From assembly GCA_039818205.1 (NCBI GenBank), contig JBCBUK010000006.1, forward strand, positions 128,001 to 192,000: a stretch of DNA of 64,000 bases, read 5' to 3'. The DNA comes from Verrucomicrobiota bacterium. GTDB taxonomy: Bacteria > Verrucomicrobiota > Verrucomicrobiia > Opitutales > Cerasicoccaceae. A program made the translations under genes and the position numbers. Under the pieces are notes generated by a model. It had not been told where the DNA came from. It saw nothing but the letters and a program-made list of their open reading frames with translations, and made no database searches. Numbering within the stretch: the first letter of the stretch is position 1; each line of letters begins with the position of its first letter. Below, one piece after another: positions 1-9,849 of the stretch.

Positions 1-435
1 AACTATCTGCGCTGGGATTCCCTGGGTGAGTTCTTGGCGCTGGCCGTATCGCTTGAGCACCTCGGAGAGACCTTTGGCAATGCGCAGGCGAAGGTTCTGG
101 GACAGGCTTTGGATGCTGCAACCGGCAAATTCTTGGAAGAAAATAAGTCGCCCACGCGCAAGATCGGCGGAATTGACAATCGCGGCAGTCACTTTTACCT
201 CGCGCTCTACTGGGCGCAGGAGCTCGCCGCCCAAGACGAAAACGCCGATGTGAAAGCCGTTTTTGAAAAGGTTGCCGCCGACTTGGCCGCTAAGGAACAG
301 ACCATTGTGGACGAGCTGATTGCCGTTCAGGGCAATGGCGTCGACATCGGTGGCTATTTCCGGCCGGACGACGCGAAGGCTTCGGCCGCGATGCGCCCAA
401 GCGCCACGCTCAACGGTATTTTGGCGGGCATTTAA
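1..435 (+). CDS. icd: Monomeric NADP-dependent isocitrate dehydrogenase, 3' end (partial at window start)
   Basis: Frame open from base 1: [20 protein letters not shown]...[18 protein letters not shown]...MRPSATLN, the typical monomeric IDH C-terminus. Confidence 0.95.
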   Translation, partial: NYLRWDSLGEFLALAVSLEHLGETFGNAQAKVLGQALDAATGKFLEENKSPTRKIGGIDNRGSHFYLALYWAQELAAQDENADVKAVFEKVAADLAAKEQTIVDELIAVQGNGVDIGGYFRPDDAKASAAMRPSATLNGILAGI

Positions 436-461
436 GCAACAGTCAGACCACGACAATTTCA

Positions 462-490
462 GGCGGCGTCCATCGATTGGGCGCCGTTTT
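462..490 (+). terminator. Probable intrinsic terminator after icd
   Basis: Hairpin ggcggcgtcca-tcgat-tgggcgccgtt followed by T-run, between convergent genes. Confidence 0.65.
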
Positions 491-495
491 CGTGT

Positions 496-909
496 CTATT
501 GGCTGCCGCGGGCAACGTAATCTTCAAGGCTTATGGCCAGTGTCGGGGCTGCTTTGACCAGCTCGGGCTGGGTCGTGACCAGCGGCACATTGAGGTCGCG
601 TGCAAGTGCTAGATACTCGCACTGGTAGGCGGATAGGCCAGTTTCCAATGCCAAGTCGATGACCGCATCACTCTCGACGTTGTATTGGCGGGGATGCATG
701 CGGTCCTCGGCGACTTTCAAGATCTCGTCAGCGACCTTCTGCTCGATTCTACGCTCCCGGATATAGCGGATTACAAGGTTGCGAAACTCGGAGCGCCAGA
801 GCGGGGCCGAGCCCCAGGATGGATCCTTTTTGTAAGCGCGCTGCGCCAATTCGGTTTGTTCTCCAGGAAGCAACAAATAGGCGAGGGGGCCGGTATCAAC
901 GATCACCAT
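496..909 (-). CDS. PIN-domain (VapC-like) protein with degenerate active site
   Basis: VIVDTG...LWRSEFRN...LSAYQCEYLALA...LVTTQ follows the VapC pattern VDTN/E/SAYD/VTxD, with two Asp replaced by Gln. Confidence 0.85.
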   Translation of the reverse strand: MVIVDTGPLAYLLLPGEQTELAQRAYKKDPSWGSAPLWRSEFRNLVIRYIRERRIEQKVADEILKVAEDRMHPRQYNVESDAVIDLALETGLSAYQCEYLALARDLNVPLVTTQPELVKAAPTLAISLEDYVARGSQ

Positions 910-943
910 AACAGTTTAGATCTTAACCCTATAATGCTGTAAG

Positions 944-2434
944 TCAAGTGGTTCTGTTAGATGGCCGGTGGAGGAATTCATGCAACTGCGTGGCCATTTT
1001 CGGCCCGATACCCGGAACGGCTTGTAGCTCGGCTACGCTGGCGGCTCGCATCTGATCAAGCCCATTGAAGTGCTCCATCAGAGCCTGTCTGCGGACGGGA
1101 CCCAGGCCTTCGAAATCGTCCAGAATGCTTTCCCGGATTTTCTTACTTCGCAGCTCAGCATTGAAGGTGTTGGCAAAGCGGTGGGCCTCATCGCGTAAGC
1201 GCTGGAGAAGCTGCAGGGCCGGGTTGTGCCGCGGTAGCAAGATGGGTTCGCGCTCGTCGGGGAAAACGATTGTTTCCTCTCGCTTTGCCAGGCCAATCAG
1301 CATCGGCGGCTCAATGTCCTGAACCAGGAATGCCTTTAGCGCAGCGCGCACCTGGCCGACACCCCCGTCGATCACCACGATATCGGGGAAGGCGGTGCCG
1401 TCGTCGCGGAGGCGTCGATAGCGTCGCCCAACAACCTCCTCCATTGCGCGGAAGTCGTCGTTGCCGACAAAACTTTTGATGCGGTAGCGTCGGTAATTCT
1501 TTTTGTTGGGCTGCCCCCCCTTAAATTGAACCATGGAGGCAACAACGAAGCTCCCCGAAATGTGAGAAATGTCGAAGCACTCCAAGACCGCGGGAGGGGT
1601 TCGCATATCGAGTGCTTTTTGAAGTTCTTCGCTTGCCCGCTCGTCTCCGATGCCGGTGAGTTTCGGAGCTCGGGTAAAGCGACGCTCTGAGCTGATTGTC
1701 TTTTTGAGTGCGAACATGATGTCCCGCAGCTCGGCGGCCTTTTCGAAGCGCTGATCTAGGGCAGCTTGCTTCATTTCTTCGGTCAGTGTCTCGAGCCATT
1801 CGCGGGTTTTGCCCTCTAAAAATTCGAGGGCCTGTTCGACTCGCTCTTGATACTCTCCGGTGGAGATCTCGTCGGTTTGCGCGTAGATTTCCGCTCGAGC
1901 GTCGTCGTAGAACCGCCATTTTCCATTCTCGAGGCGTTGTGGTTTCGCATCACCTAGGAGAATGCCGAATTGTAAGCGCATCTCTGCCAAGGTCTTCCGA
2001 AGGAGCCCGCTGTGGGCAAAGGGGCCGAAGTATCGCGCTCCGTCTTCCAGCCGATTGCGGGTAAGACGAAAGCGGGGAAGCTCGTTTCCCACATCTACGC
2101 GGACCATGAGGAACTGCTTATTGTCGGTGAATTCAGTATTGTACTTCGGCTTGTATTGCTTGATTAGTTTGCCCTCGAGCAGAAGCGCCTCCTGCTCTGA
2201 GCGCACCTCGATGATCTCAAAATCGTTGATCAGGTCGAGCATTGCGGACACTTTGGGCTGTGCGATTGCCAGTTTTCGCGATGGCTGAAAATAGGTCGAA
2301 ACCCGTTTTTTGAGGTTCTTTGCTTTGCCCACATAGAGGACCGTCCCGAAGCGGTCTTTCATCAGGTAAACGCCTGGACCGTGGGGCAACCGCCGGACTT
2401 TTTCTTTGAGCGAGCTGGAAATTTCGCGAGGCAT
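944..2434 (-). CDS. uvrC: Excinuclease ABC subunit C
   Basis: GIY-YIG (PGVYLMKD..LYVGKAKNLKKRV), UVR domain (FEKAAELRD), RNase H-like ECFDISH and IDGG, RDEAHRFA, C-terminal HhH. Confidence 0.97.
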   Translation of the reverse strand: MPREISSSLKEKVRRLPHGPGVYLMKDRFGTVLYVGKAKNLKKRVSTYFQPSRKLAIAQPKVSAMLDLINDFEIIEVRSEQEALLLEGKLIKQYKPKYNTEFTDNKQFLMVRVDVGNELPRFRLTRNRLEDGARYFGPFAHSGLLRKTLAEMRLQFGILLGDAKPQRLENGKWRFYDDARAEIYAQTDEISTGEYQERVEQALEFLEGKTREWLETLTEEMKQAALDQRFEKAAELRDIMFALKKTISSERRFTRAPKLTGIGDERASEELQKALDMRTPPAVLECFDISHISGSFVVASMVQFKGGQPNKKNYRRYRIKSFVGNDDFRAMEEVVGRRYRRLRDDGTAFPDIVVIDGGVGQVRAALKAFLVQDIEPPMLIGLAKREETIVFPDEREPILLPRHNPALQLLQRLRDEAHRFANTFNAELRSKKIRESILDDFEGLGPVRRQALMEHFNGLDQMRAASVAELQAVPGIGPKMATQLHEFLHRPSNRTT

Positions 2435-2563
2435 CCCTTATATTCAACGTTTGATTTCGGTCCTGCGCAAGCCCCACGGGCGTTGTTTTAATTGGCCTGT
2501 AAGGTTGCAGTGACGCGAAAGATACCTTGACTATAGGTAGACTCATTTAATCTTCCGCACCGA

Positions 2564-3859
2564 ATGTCCACTTCCGCAACAGTCGATCTAATTACTCTGG
2601 GCGACGAGCTCCTGCTCGGAATCCGAGAAAATACTCATCTTAGCTTTATCGGCTCGGTGCTTGCCCGTCATGGTTTGTCTATTCGCCGTAACCGATGTTG
2701 CCGCGACACGAAGGACGAGATCATCTACGCCTTCGAGGAATCATGGAAGTCGGCCGACATCATTATTACCACGGGTGGATTGGGACCAACCTCCGACGAT
2801 AATACTCGCGAAGTCATCGCCGATTATCTCGGTCTGAAGTTGAACTATATGCAGGAGGTCCACGATGCGATCCAATCGCGATTCGATCGCCTGGGCCGCA
2901 CGATGTCCCCAAACAATGAAAAGCAGTGCTATTTGCCTGAGGGTGCGGAACTCATTCCCAACCGCTACGGGACGGCTCCTGGCATCTACCTGCGGAAAGA
3001 CGGAAAGCATCTTTTCATGCTCCCCGGTCCATCAAATGAACTTCGCCCGATGTTTGAGGACGAGGTGATGGGCCGAATCTGCCAAGATGGCTACTGCAGT
3101 GTCGATGACGCCTATTTGCAAATCCGTACGGTTGGCGTCGGCGAAAGCGCGGTTGAAGAGCGCTTGTCTCCGGTCCTGGCGAAGCACTCTGACGTTCACG
3201 TTTCGTATTGCGTCCATCGCGGGATCGTTGATGTCCGCCTCAGTGTCGACACGACCCCGATTGATTTCAAACGTTTGCGCGAGGTTGGCAATGAGTGTCG
3301 AGAAGTCCTCGGGCCAGACTTCGTCTGCTTTGGCCACTGCAACCTAGCCAAGATCATTTTTAATTTTCTCCGGGCACATGAACGGACATTGGCCGTCGCC
3401 GAGTCTTGCACTGGCGGGCTACTTGCAAATGCGTTTACCGATATTCCGGGCGCATCGAAGGTGTTCGCGGGGGGCGTCGTATGCTACAATAACGATGCTA
3501 AGTCGGACCTGTTGGGCGTTCCCGAAGACATCCTGCTCCAGCATGGTGCCGTGAGTGCCGAGACAGCCGTCGCGATGGCTGACTGCGCTGCTGAGCGATT
3601 TGGCACCGATTACGCATTGGCGATCACCGGATTTGCGGGTCCGAGTGGAGGAACTCCAGAGAATCCGGTTGGAACAATTTACGTTGGTTATCATAGCCCA
3701 GTTGGTAGCTGGTGTATCCGGATGATCTACCCTGGCGAACGCACAACGGTTAAGATCCGCGCGGTGAACCGGGCACTGGATATCATGCGGCGCAAGCTGA
3801 ACAAGTATCAGCTCGAAGAGGCACTCGCTTGCGATTGCGATATTGAGGCAACCGGTTAA
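2564..3859 (+). CDS. cinA: Competence/damage-inducible protein A (MoCF domain + NMN deamidase PncC)
   Basis: GDELLLG, TTGGLGPTSDD, AESCTGG, HGAVSAETA, ITGFAGPSGG. Confidence 0.95.
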   Translation: MSTSATVDLITLGDELLLGIRENTHLSFIGSVLARHGLSIRRNRCCRDTKDEIIYAFEESWKSADIIITTGGLGPTSDDNTREVIADYLGLKLNYMQEVHDAIQSRFDRLGRTMSPNNEKQCYLPEGAELIPNRYGTAPGIYLRKDGKHLFMLPGPSNELRPMFEDEVMGRICQDGYCSVDDAYLQIRTVGVGESAVEERLSPVLAKHSDVHVSYCVHRGIVDVRLSVDTTPIDFKRLREVGNECREVLGPDFVCFGHCNLAKIIFNFLRAHERTLAVAESCTGGLLANAFTDIPGASKVFAGGVVCYNNDAKSDLLGVPEDILLQHGAVSAETAVAMADCAAERFGTDYALAITGFAGPSGGTPENPVGTIYVGYHSPVGSWCIRMIYPGERTTVKIRAVNRALDIMRRKLNKYQLEEALACDCDIEATG

Positions 3860-3982
3860 TTTTAGACCTTTGCCCGTCGACACCCTGGAGCTATCCGTGC
3901 ATAATGGTTTCCATTATGTTGCGGTGCTTGGCTGTTGCTTGCTGGTGGGCCGCAATGAAGCAAACCTTCAACTCCATGCCCC

Positions 3983-5551
3983 ATGAACCGAGACCGCGCG
4001 ATTGATCAACTCAAGAACCAGGAAGAGCCCTTTGATTTCGTCATTATCGGAGGCGGCGCAACGGGTTTGGGTTGTGCCGTCGACGCAGCCAGCCGCGGCC
4101 ATTCGGTGGCACTCATCGAGCGTGATGATTTTGCGAAAGCAACCTCGAGCCGGAGCACGAAACTTGTCCACGGAGGAGTGCGATACCTCAAGCAGGGCAA
4201 TATCTCGCTGGTTCTTGAGGCGCTTAAGGAGCGCGGGCGGCTTTGCCTCAACGCACCACACCTGGTGAGCCATCAGGCGTTCATTGTCCCCATTTACAGT
4301 TGGTGGGAAGGTCCCTTTTACGGCATTGGGATGAAGGTCTATGATATGCTGGCCGGGCGTCTGGGCCTGGAGGAATCGCAGAACCTGAATCGCTCTGAAA
4401 CAATCGAACGCATCCCGACCCTCGAGCAGGGCGGCCTGACTGGCGGTGTGATCTATTACGATGGTCAGTTTGATGATGCTCGCCTCGCCGTTAATCTGGC
4501 GCAAACGGTATTTGATCATGGTGGAGTTGCCGTAAACTACGTGAAGGCTGTGGCTCTGCAGAAAGATGCGGGTCTTATCTCCGGGGTCGAGTGCGAGGAT
4601 GTCGAATCAGGCGAACACTTTGTTCTCCGGGGCAAGGCCGTGATCAATGCAACCGGTGTCTTTACGGATCACGTTCGCCACATGGACGATCCGACTGCGC
4701 ACACAATGATCGCCGCAAGCCAGGGCGTTCATCTGGTTCTACCCAAAGATTTTGTGCCTGGCGACGCTGCGGTAATGGTGCCCCATACGACGGATGGCCG
4801 CGTTTTGTTTGCTGTGCCTTGGCATGGGCATGTCGTGGTCGGTACGACCGATACTCCGGTTGACCATATCGACGCCGAGCCACGGGCACTGGAGGAGGAG
4901 ATTGATTTTATATTGGCCAATGCGGCCAAATATCTCGCCAAAGATCCAAAACGGTCGGATGTGTTGAGCGTCTTCGCCGGCTTGCGCCCATTGGTTCGCG
5001 CATCCGGCCACGGAAACACGGCTGCCCTATCGCGCGACCATACGATCATTGTGGCTGATAGCGGACTCGTTACGATCACTGGTGGGAAGTGGACCACCTA
5101 CCGTAAGATGGCGGAGGACTGCATCGACCAGGCGGAAATGGTAGCCGGTTTGGAATCAAAGCCCTGTGCTACGGCCGAGCTAAGAATTCACGGCCATACA
5201 AATGACCCCGTGGACGGTCATCCGTTGCTGTCTTTATTTGGCGAAGACGCGCGGGAGATTCAAGCTGCGGCGAATGCCCGTCCCGAACTGACGGAGCCGC
5301 TGCACGCCGATCTGCCTTACACGGTGGGCGAGGTGCATTGGGCTTGTCGCCACGAAATGGCGCGACGGGTAGAAGATGTACTGGGTCGGCGTTTGAGAGC
5401 CTTGTTTCTCAACGCGCAAGCGGCTCATGACAGTGCTCAGGCGGTCGCAGAAATTCTCGCCCAAGAGCTTGGACATACTAGCGAGTGGGCAGAGGCGGAG
5501 GCGCAACGTTTCCGCGTCTTGGCCAACGGTTACCGGGTTAGCGACGGCTAA
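3983..5551 (+). CDS. glpD: FAD-dependent glycerol-3-phosphate dehydrogenase
   Basis: IIGGGATG, TSSRSTKLVHGGVRYL, YYDGQFDDARL, GGKWTTYRKMAED. Confidence 0.93.
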   Translation: MNRDRAIDQLKNQEEPFDFVIIGGGATGLGCAVDAASRGHSVALIERDDFAKATSSRSTKLVHGGVRYLKQGNISLVLEALKERGRLCLNAPHLVSHQAFIVPIYSWWEGPFYGIGMKVYDMLAGRLGLEESQNLNRSETIERIPTLEQGGLTGGVIYYDGQFDDARLAVNLAQTVFDHGGVAVNYVKAVALQKDAGLISGVECEDVESGEHFVLRGKAVINATGVFTDHVRHMDDPTAHTMIAASQGVHLVLPKDFVPGDAAVMVPHTTDGRVLFAVPWHGHVVVGTTDTPVDHIDAEPRALEEEIDFILANAAKYLAKDPKRSDVLSVFAGLRPLVRASGHGNTAALSRDHTIIVADSGLVTITGGKWTTYRKMAEDCIDQAEMVAGLESKPCATAELRIHGHTNDPVDGHPLLSLFGEDAREIQAAANARPELTEPLHADLPYTVGEVHWACRHEMARRVEDVLGRRLRALFLNAQAAHDSAQAVAEILAQELGHTSEWAEAEAQRFRVLANGYRVSDG

Positions 5552-6132
5552 GCCTGGTCAGGCTTTTTCTCGGGGGCGCTTTCCGTTGGCTGATCCGTGT
5601 CAGCTGGCTTGGCGTCCTCTTCGGGGACGTCCAGCTTTGGGAACGGCGACGATTGGTCGGACTGCCAAAGGGAGGGTCCTGCGGAAGGGTGCTCAATGCT
5701 TGCAGGTGCAGGAAAGGGTGCGTCTGCTGACTGCCAAAGATCTTCTTTGGCCTCAGCGGCAGGAGCACTTTCTTTGTGAGCCGGTGCCGCCTGGCTAGGA
5801 GGATTCTCCGGCTGAGCCGCTGGTATTGGCGGAGGAACGCGCTTTTCACGCGCTGGCTCAGGCTTCGCGGGCTCTGGAACGGGGCTACTCGCAGGCGCCG
5901 GAACAGCAACTGCTTTAATCGGGAGGGCTGTAGCGATCCCCAAGGCAATAATTGCCGAACTTGCAGCAACTACCCAAGTCAACCAAATGATCTCGGACAA
6001 AGTCACGAGTGGTCCTTCCCAATCCACGCTGGGAAGCAAGTAGTTGTGCGACAGCCAATCAAAAAAACCCGCCGTCAACCCGATAAGACCCAGGATTGCC
6101 GCCGTGATACCAAGGATCGACCGCGCGCTCAT
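5548..6132 (-). CDS. Hypothetical membrane protein with Pro/Ala-rich tail
   Basis: Two N-terminal hydrophobic segments then a low-complexity tail; fills the gap convergent with glpD. Confidence 0.65.
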   Translation of the reverse strand: MSARSILGITAAILGLIGLTAGFFDWLSHNYLLPSVDWEGPLVTLSEIIWLTWVVAASSAIIALGIATALPIKAVAVPAPASSPVPEPAKPEPAREKRVPPPIPAAQPENPPSQAAPAHKESAPAAEAKEDLWQSADAPFPAPASIEHPSAGPSLWQSDQSSPFPKLDVPEEDAKPADTDQPTESAPEKKPDQA

Positions 6133-6153
6133 ATGAGATGGATAAGAAAGAGT

Positions 6154-6297
6154 TTAGGACTTGGCCCAGGAGTCTTCTTGGCGCTTGAGGAACTCTTCGT
6201 AGATCGCGAGAACGACGACAAGCTTGAAGGCAGTAGCGATTGCACCCAATACGATTAATGGGCCAAGAAGGTTATTGAACTCGAATGGTGGATACAT
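6154..6297 (-). CDS. Possible 47-aa single-TM small protein
   Basis: MYPPFEFNNLLGPLIVLGAIATAFKLVVVLAIYEEFLKRQEDSWAKS, codirectional between purL and the 5548-6132 gene. Confidence 0.4.
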   Translation of the reverse strand: MYPPFEFNNLLGPLIVLGAIATAFKLVVVLAIYEEFLKRQEDSWAKS

Positions 6298-6395
6298 AGC
6301 CGAAGAGTTAAACGGGTAATGTCCGAAGGATAAAGGAAAATATCTGACCGCCTGGACCTCGCCCGAAACCAATTCCGGTGTCGGGCATTGCGCCA

Positions 6396-8717
6396 TTAAT
6401 CATCAATCTTCATCTTTTCCGGGATCGACGAATCCCAGGCTGTGCGGAGTTCCTCCATATCCCATTCGAGCGGTTTCTCCAGATTCGGAGCCTCGATGTG
6501 CAAAATGTGGTCGTCGTTGGCCTCACCAAGAATGTCAGCATGGATGTCGTACCGCTCGGCGTCGTGCACGACGTGATCGGCCCGGTTGGCATCCACGGCA
6601 AGGAGGATACGGCCTTGGCTTTCTCCGTAGAACAGTGCGTCCCAGCGATCAATCGGTAGATCCTCGAGATTGAGGTCGGCACCAAAGGTATGGTCTCGTG
6701 CAAAGAGCATCTCACAGAGTGCGACTAGGAGGCCGCCTTCGGCGATGTCATGAGCTGCGTGGATGCGGCCCTTTTGAATTTGCACCTGAAGGAAGTCCAT
6801 TAGTGCGGCCTGGTTTTCCAGGTCCATGCGCGGCGGCTTGCCGGTTTTCAGGTCGTGAATGACCCGCAGGAAGGCGCTACATCCAAGTTCGTTGGGCACG
6901 TCGCCGAGGAGGACAAGTGCTTCGGAGCCCTTGCTGATCGTCGAGGTCGTGATGAACTGGCGGCTGTCGATAATGCCGACCACAGAGACAACCGGAGTTG
7001 GGTCGATCTTCGATTCCTGGTTTTCGTTGTAGAGGCTTACATTGCCTCCAACGACCGGGACGTCAAAGAACTCGCAGGTTTCGGCCAAGCCGCGAACTGA
7101 TTCCTGCAGCATGTAGTAGGAGTCCGGCTTGTTCGGATTACCGAAATTCAAATTGTTGGTCATCGCCAACGGGCGTGCACCGGCGCAGGCGAGGTTGCGA
7201 ATGGCTTCGGCTACGGCAATTTTTCCGCCTTCATACGGGTCGGCCCAGCAGTAGCGGCTATTGCAGTCGTTTGAAATTGCGATGTATTTGTCCTTGTCGG
7301 GTCCACCCATGCGAAGGCGAATGACGGACGCATCGGATTGCCCAGGATGCATCACCGTATTGGTCATGACCATCTGGTCATACTGGCGATGGATCCAATT
7401 CTTGTTGGCAATCGACGGATCGGCGAGCAGCTTGACCAGTGCGTCCATCAGGCCGTCACGATCAAGGTCTGGAAGGTCTTCTACGTTCCAGCCCTGAACC
7501 TCGTCCATATAGTCTGGGCGCTCGGCTTCGGGATCGTTTAGTGGCGCGTCATCCGTTAGCTTTTTGGCCGGGATGCGGGCAACAACCTCGCCGCCTTGTT
7601 TGACGACCATGTTTTTGCCTTTGACCACCTTTCCGATCTTAGCGGCGTGGAGATCCCACTTATCGAAAATTTGTTCCAGCTCTTCTTCGCGGCCCTTTTG
7701 GGCAATGACCAACATCCGCTCCTGGCTTTCGGAAAGCATGATCTCGTAGGAGTTCATACCCGTTTCCCGTTGTGGGACGAGGTCGAGCTCGATCTCGACT
7801 CCAGTATTGCCGCGGGCGGCGGTCTCGCAGGTCGAGCAGGTGAGCCCGGCTGCGCCCATGTCCTGGATGCCAACGACGAGACCTTCTTGGCCCATCATTT
7901 CCAGGCAGGCTTCCATCAGCAGCTTGCCCATGAAGGGGTCGCCCTTTTGGACTGCTGGACGATCCTCGGCCGATTCCTCGGAAAGTTCTTTGGAGGCAAA
8001 ACTTGCTCCACCAAGGCCATCACGACCGGTGGCTGCGCCCACGTAATAGACTGGATTGCCAACACCGCTGGCCGCGCCGCGCTTGATCTGGTCGTGCTTG
8101 AGCACGCCGAGGCAAAGCGCATTAACGAGCGGATTGCCTTCGTAGCAGGGGTCAAAATACACGTCACCCCCAATATTCGGTACGCCGACGCAATTGCCGT
8201 AGTGGGAGATACCATGAACAACACCACGCATGATGCGGCGGGAGTCCGCGGAGTCCAACGAACCGAAGCGAAGGGAATTGGTAAAGAGCATTGGGCGTGC
8301 GCCCATCGTGAAGATGTCGCGGAGGATGCCCCCAACGCCAGTTGCCGCGCCTTCAAAGGGCTCAACCGCGCTCGGGTGGTTATGCGACTCAATTTTAAAA
8401 CAGATCGCCCAGTCGTCTCCAATATCGATGACGCCGGCATTCTCTTCTCCCGCTTTTACGAGGACTTTGTTACGCGAGTCTTCGTCAAATTTCTGAATTG
8501 GGAACTGTTTAAGGAGCTTGCGGGAATTCTTGTAGGAGCAGTGCTCCGACCACATGACGCTAAAGATGCCGAGCTCAGTCAGGTTCGGTTCGCGTCCCAA
8601 GATTCCTTGGATCTGCTCGTACTCGTCAGAGGTAAGGCCGTGCTGCTCAATCAGCTCCGGGGTGATATCAACGTTCAGGGTTGGATCGGGGTTCGGCGCA
8701 GGTGCTTCAGTAGACAT
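6396..8717 (-). CDS. purL: Phosphoribosylformylglycinamidine synthase subunit PurL
   Basis: [58 protein letters not shown]. Confidence 0.98.
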   Translation of the reverse strand: MSTEAPAPNPDPTLNVDITPELIEQHGLTSDEYEQIQGILGREPNLTELGIFSVMWSEHCSYKNSRKLLKQFPIQKFDEDSRNKVLVKAGEENAGVIDIGDDWAICFKIESHNHPSAVEPFEGAATGVGGILRDIFTMGARPMLFTNSLRFGSLDSADSRRIMRGVVHGISHYGNCVGVPNIGGDVYFDPCYEGNPLVNALCLGVLKHDQIKRGAASGVGNPVYYVGAATGRDGLGGASFASKELSEESAEDRPAVQKGDPFMGKLLMEACLEMMGQEGLVVGIQDMGAAGLTCSTCETAARGNTGVEIELDLVPQRETGMNSYEIMLSESQERMLVIAQKGREEELEQIFDKWDLHAAKIGKVVKGKNMVVKQGGEVVARIPAKKLTDDAPLNDPEAERPDYMDEVQGWNVEDLPDLDRDGLMDALVKLLADPSIANKNWIHRQYDQMVMTNTVMHPGQSDASVIRLRMGGPDKDKYIAISNDCNSRYCWADPYEGGKIAVAEAIRNLACAGARPLAMTNNLNFGNPNKPDSYYMLQESVRGLAETCEFFDVPVVGGNVSLYNENQESKIDPTPVVSVVGIIDSRQFITTSTISKGSEALVLLGDVPNELGCSAFLRVIHDLKTGKPPRMDLENQAALMDFLQVQIQKGRIHAAHDIAEGGLLVALCEMLFARDHTFGADLNLEDLPIDRWDALFYGESQGRILLAVDANRADHVVHDAERYDIHADILGEANDDHILHIEAPNLEKPLEWDMEELRTAWDSSIPEKMKIDD

Positions 8718-8746
8718 TGAAAAATCTGGTTATGAGTGGATGCCAA

Positions 8747-9424
8747 TTACGCCTTTTGCTGGCGAGCCATTTGGGACTTCAAGAACGCCTTGATGATGCC
8801 GATGCCGTCGCGACTTGGGTGAATCTCTTCAACCGCGCGTTCTGGGTGGGGCATCATGCCAAAGACGTTTCCATCGATGTTGCGAATTCCGGCGATGTCG
8901 TCGACCGACCCATTCGGGTTGTTACGATATCGGAAAAGGATCTGGTTGTTGGCTTGGAGTTCAGCAAGTCCCTCGTTATCAATACGATAGTTACCTTCGC
9001 CGTGGGCGATTGGGATGTCGAGTGTTTCGCCCAGGCTTTGCTGGTTGAAATAGTCCATGCTGTCGACGACGTCGAGGGTCGTGGTATCACAGATGAACTC
9101 CAGGCCTTCGTTGCGAACGAGTGCACCGGGAAGCAGGCCAGCTTCGCAAAGGATTTGAAACCCGTTGCAGATGCCAATGACCGGGCCACCGTTGTTCGCA
9201 AACTCCACCACTGCCGGCATGACTGGAGAAAACCGTGCAATTGCCCCGGTACGGAGGTAATCGCCATAAGAAAATCCGCCGGGAATCACGACGGCTTCGG
9301 CGCCGGATAACGAGCCACGTTTGTGCCAAAAGAGGCGAGTGGGCTGGTTAAAGATTCCGGCTAGAGCATAATAAGCGTCCCGGTCGCAGTTGGAGCCCGG
9401 AAATTGGATGATTGCAATCTTCAT
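8747..9424 (-). CDS. purQ: FGAM synthase glutaminase subunit PurQ
   Basis: FPGSNCD, PGGFSYGDYLR, GICNGFQIL, MMPHPER. Confidence 0.98.
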   Translation of the reverse strand: MKIAIIQFPGSNCDRDAYYALAGIFNQPTRLFWHKRGSLSGAEAVVIPGGFSYGDYLRTGAIARFSPVMPAVVEFANNGGPVIGICNGFQILCEAGLLPGALVRNEGLEFICDTTTLDVVDSMDYFNQQSLGETLDIPIAHGEGNYRIDNEGLAELQANNQILFRYRNNPNGSVDDIAGIRNIDGNVFGMMPHPERAVEEIHPSRDGIGIIKAFLKSQMARQQKA

Positions 9425-9570
9425 GAATGGGGGTGGCTCGGGAGTGGAAAAATAAAAAAGTAACTATTTTTTAGACGGTATCACTGCGGATGACTTAAGC
9501 CTTTCGGTGTCATTCGTTAATGCGGTGATGATCAGTCATTATCGTTGGAGCGTCAGCGCGGGTGCGTTGG

Positions 9571-9810
9571 TTAACTGATCTCGTACCGATAGTCTTCAAT
9601 AACGGGATTGCAAAGCAAACCATTGCAAATGGAATCTATCTGCTCCCGAATCTCCGGAGTGTCTGATCCATCGAGTTCGAACTCGATCGTTTTACCAACA
9701 CGGACTTCTCCGCTGGGCTGTAGATTTAGGTGCTCCATTGCGTGGCCAACCGCCGCGCCTTGTGGATCGAGCACCGTTTTTTTAGGAGTAACGAATACCG
9801 TAACCTTCAT
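9571..9810 (-). CDS. purS: FGAM synthase subunit PurS (start taken at MKVTV)
   Basis: VLDPQG, VRVGK, LLCNPVIEDY; upstream of purQL. Confidence 0.95.
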   Translation of the reverse strand: MKVTVFVTPKKTVLDPQGAAVGHAMEHLNLQPSGEVRVGKTIEFELDGSDTPEIREQIDSICNGLLCNPVIEDYRYEIS

Positions 9811-9849
9811 ACTATCAAATTGGTCCAAAGATATGGGGTCTGACAAGCG

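Noticed and set aside
2435..2563. SOS box between divergent uvrC and cinA
   Set aside because: No TGTTC-N4-GAACA or CTGT-N8-ACAG pattern seen
7596..8720. 374-aa + strand ORF, and similar long antisense ORFs (12825-13673, 30652-31386, 31892-32701, 34239-34922)
   Set aside because: Shadow frames opposite well-supported genes, expected from codon bias; no motifs
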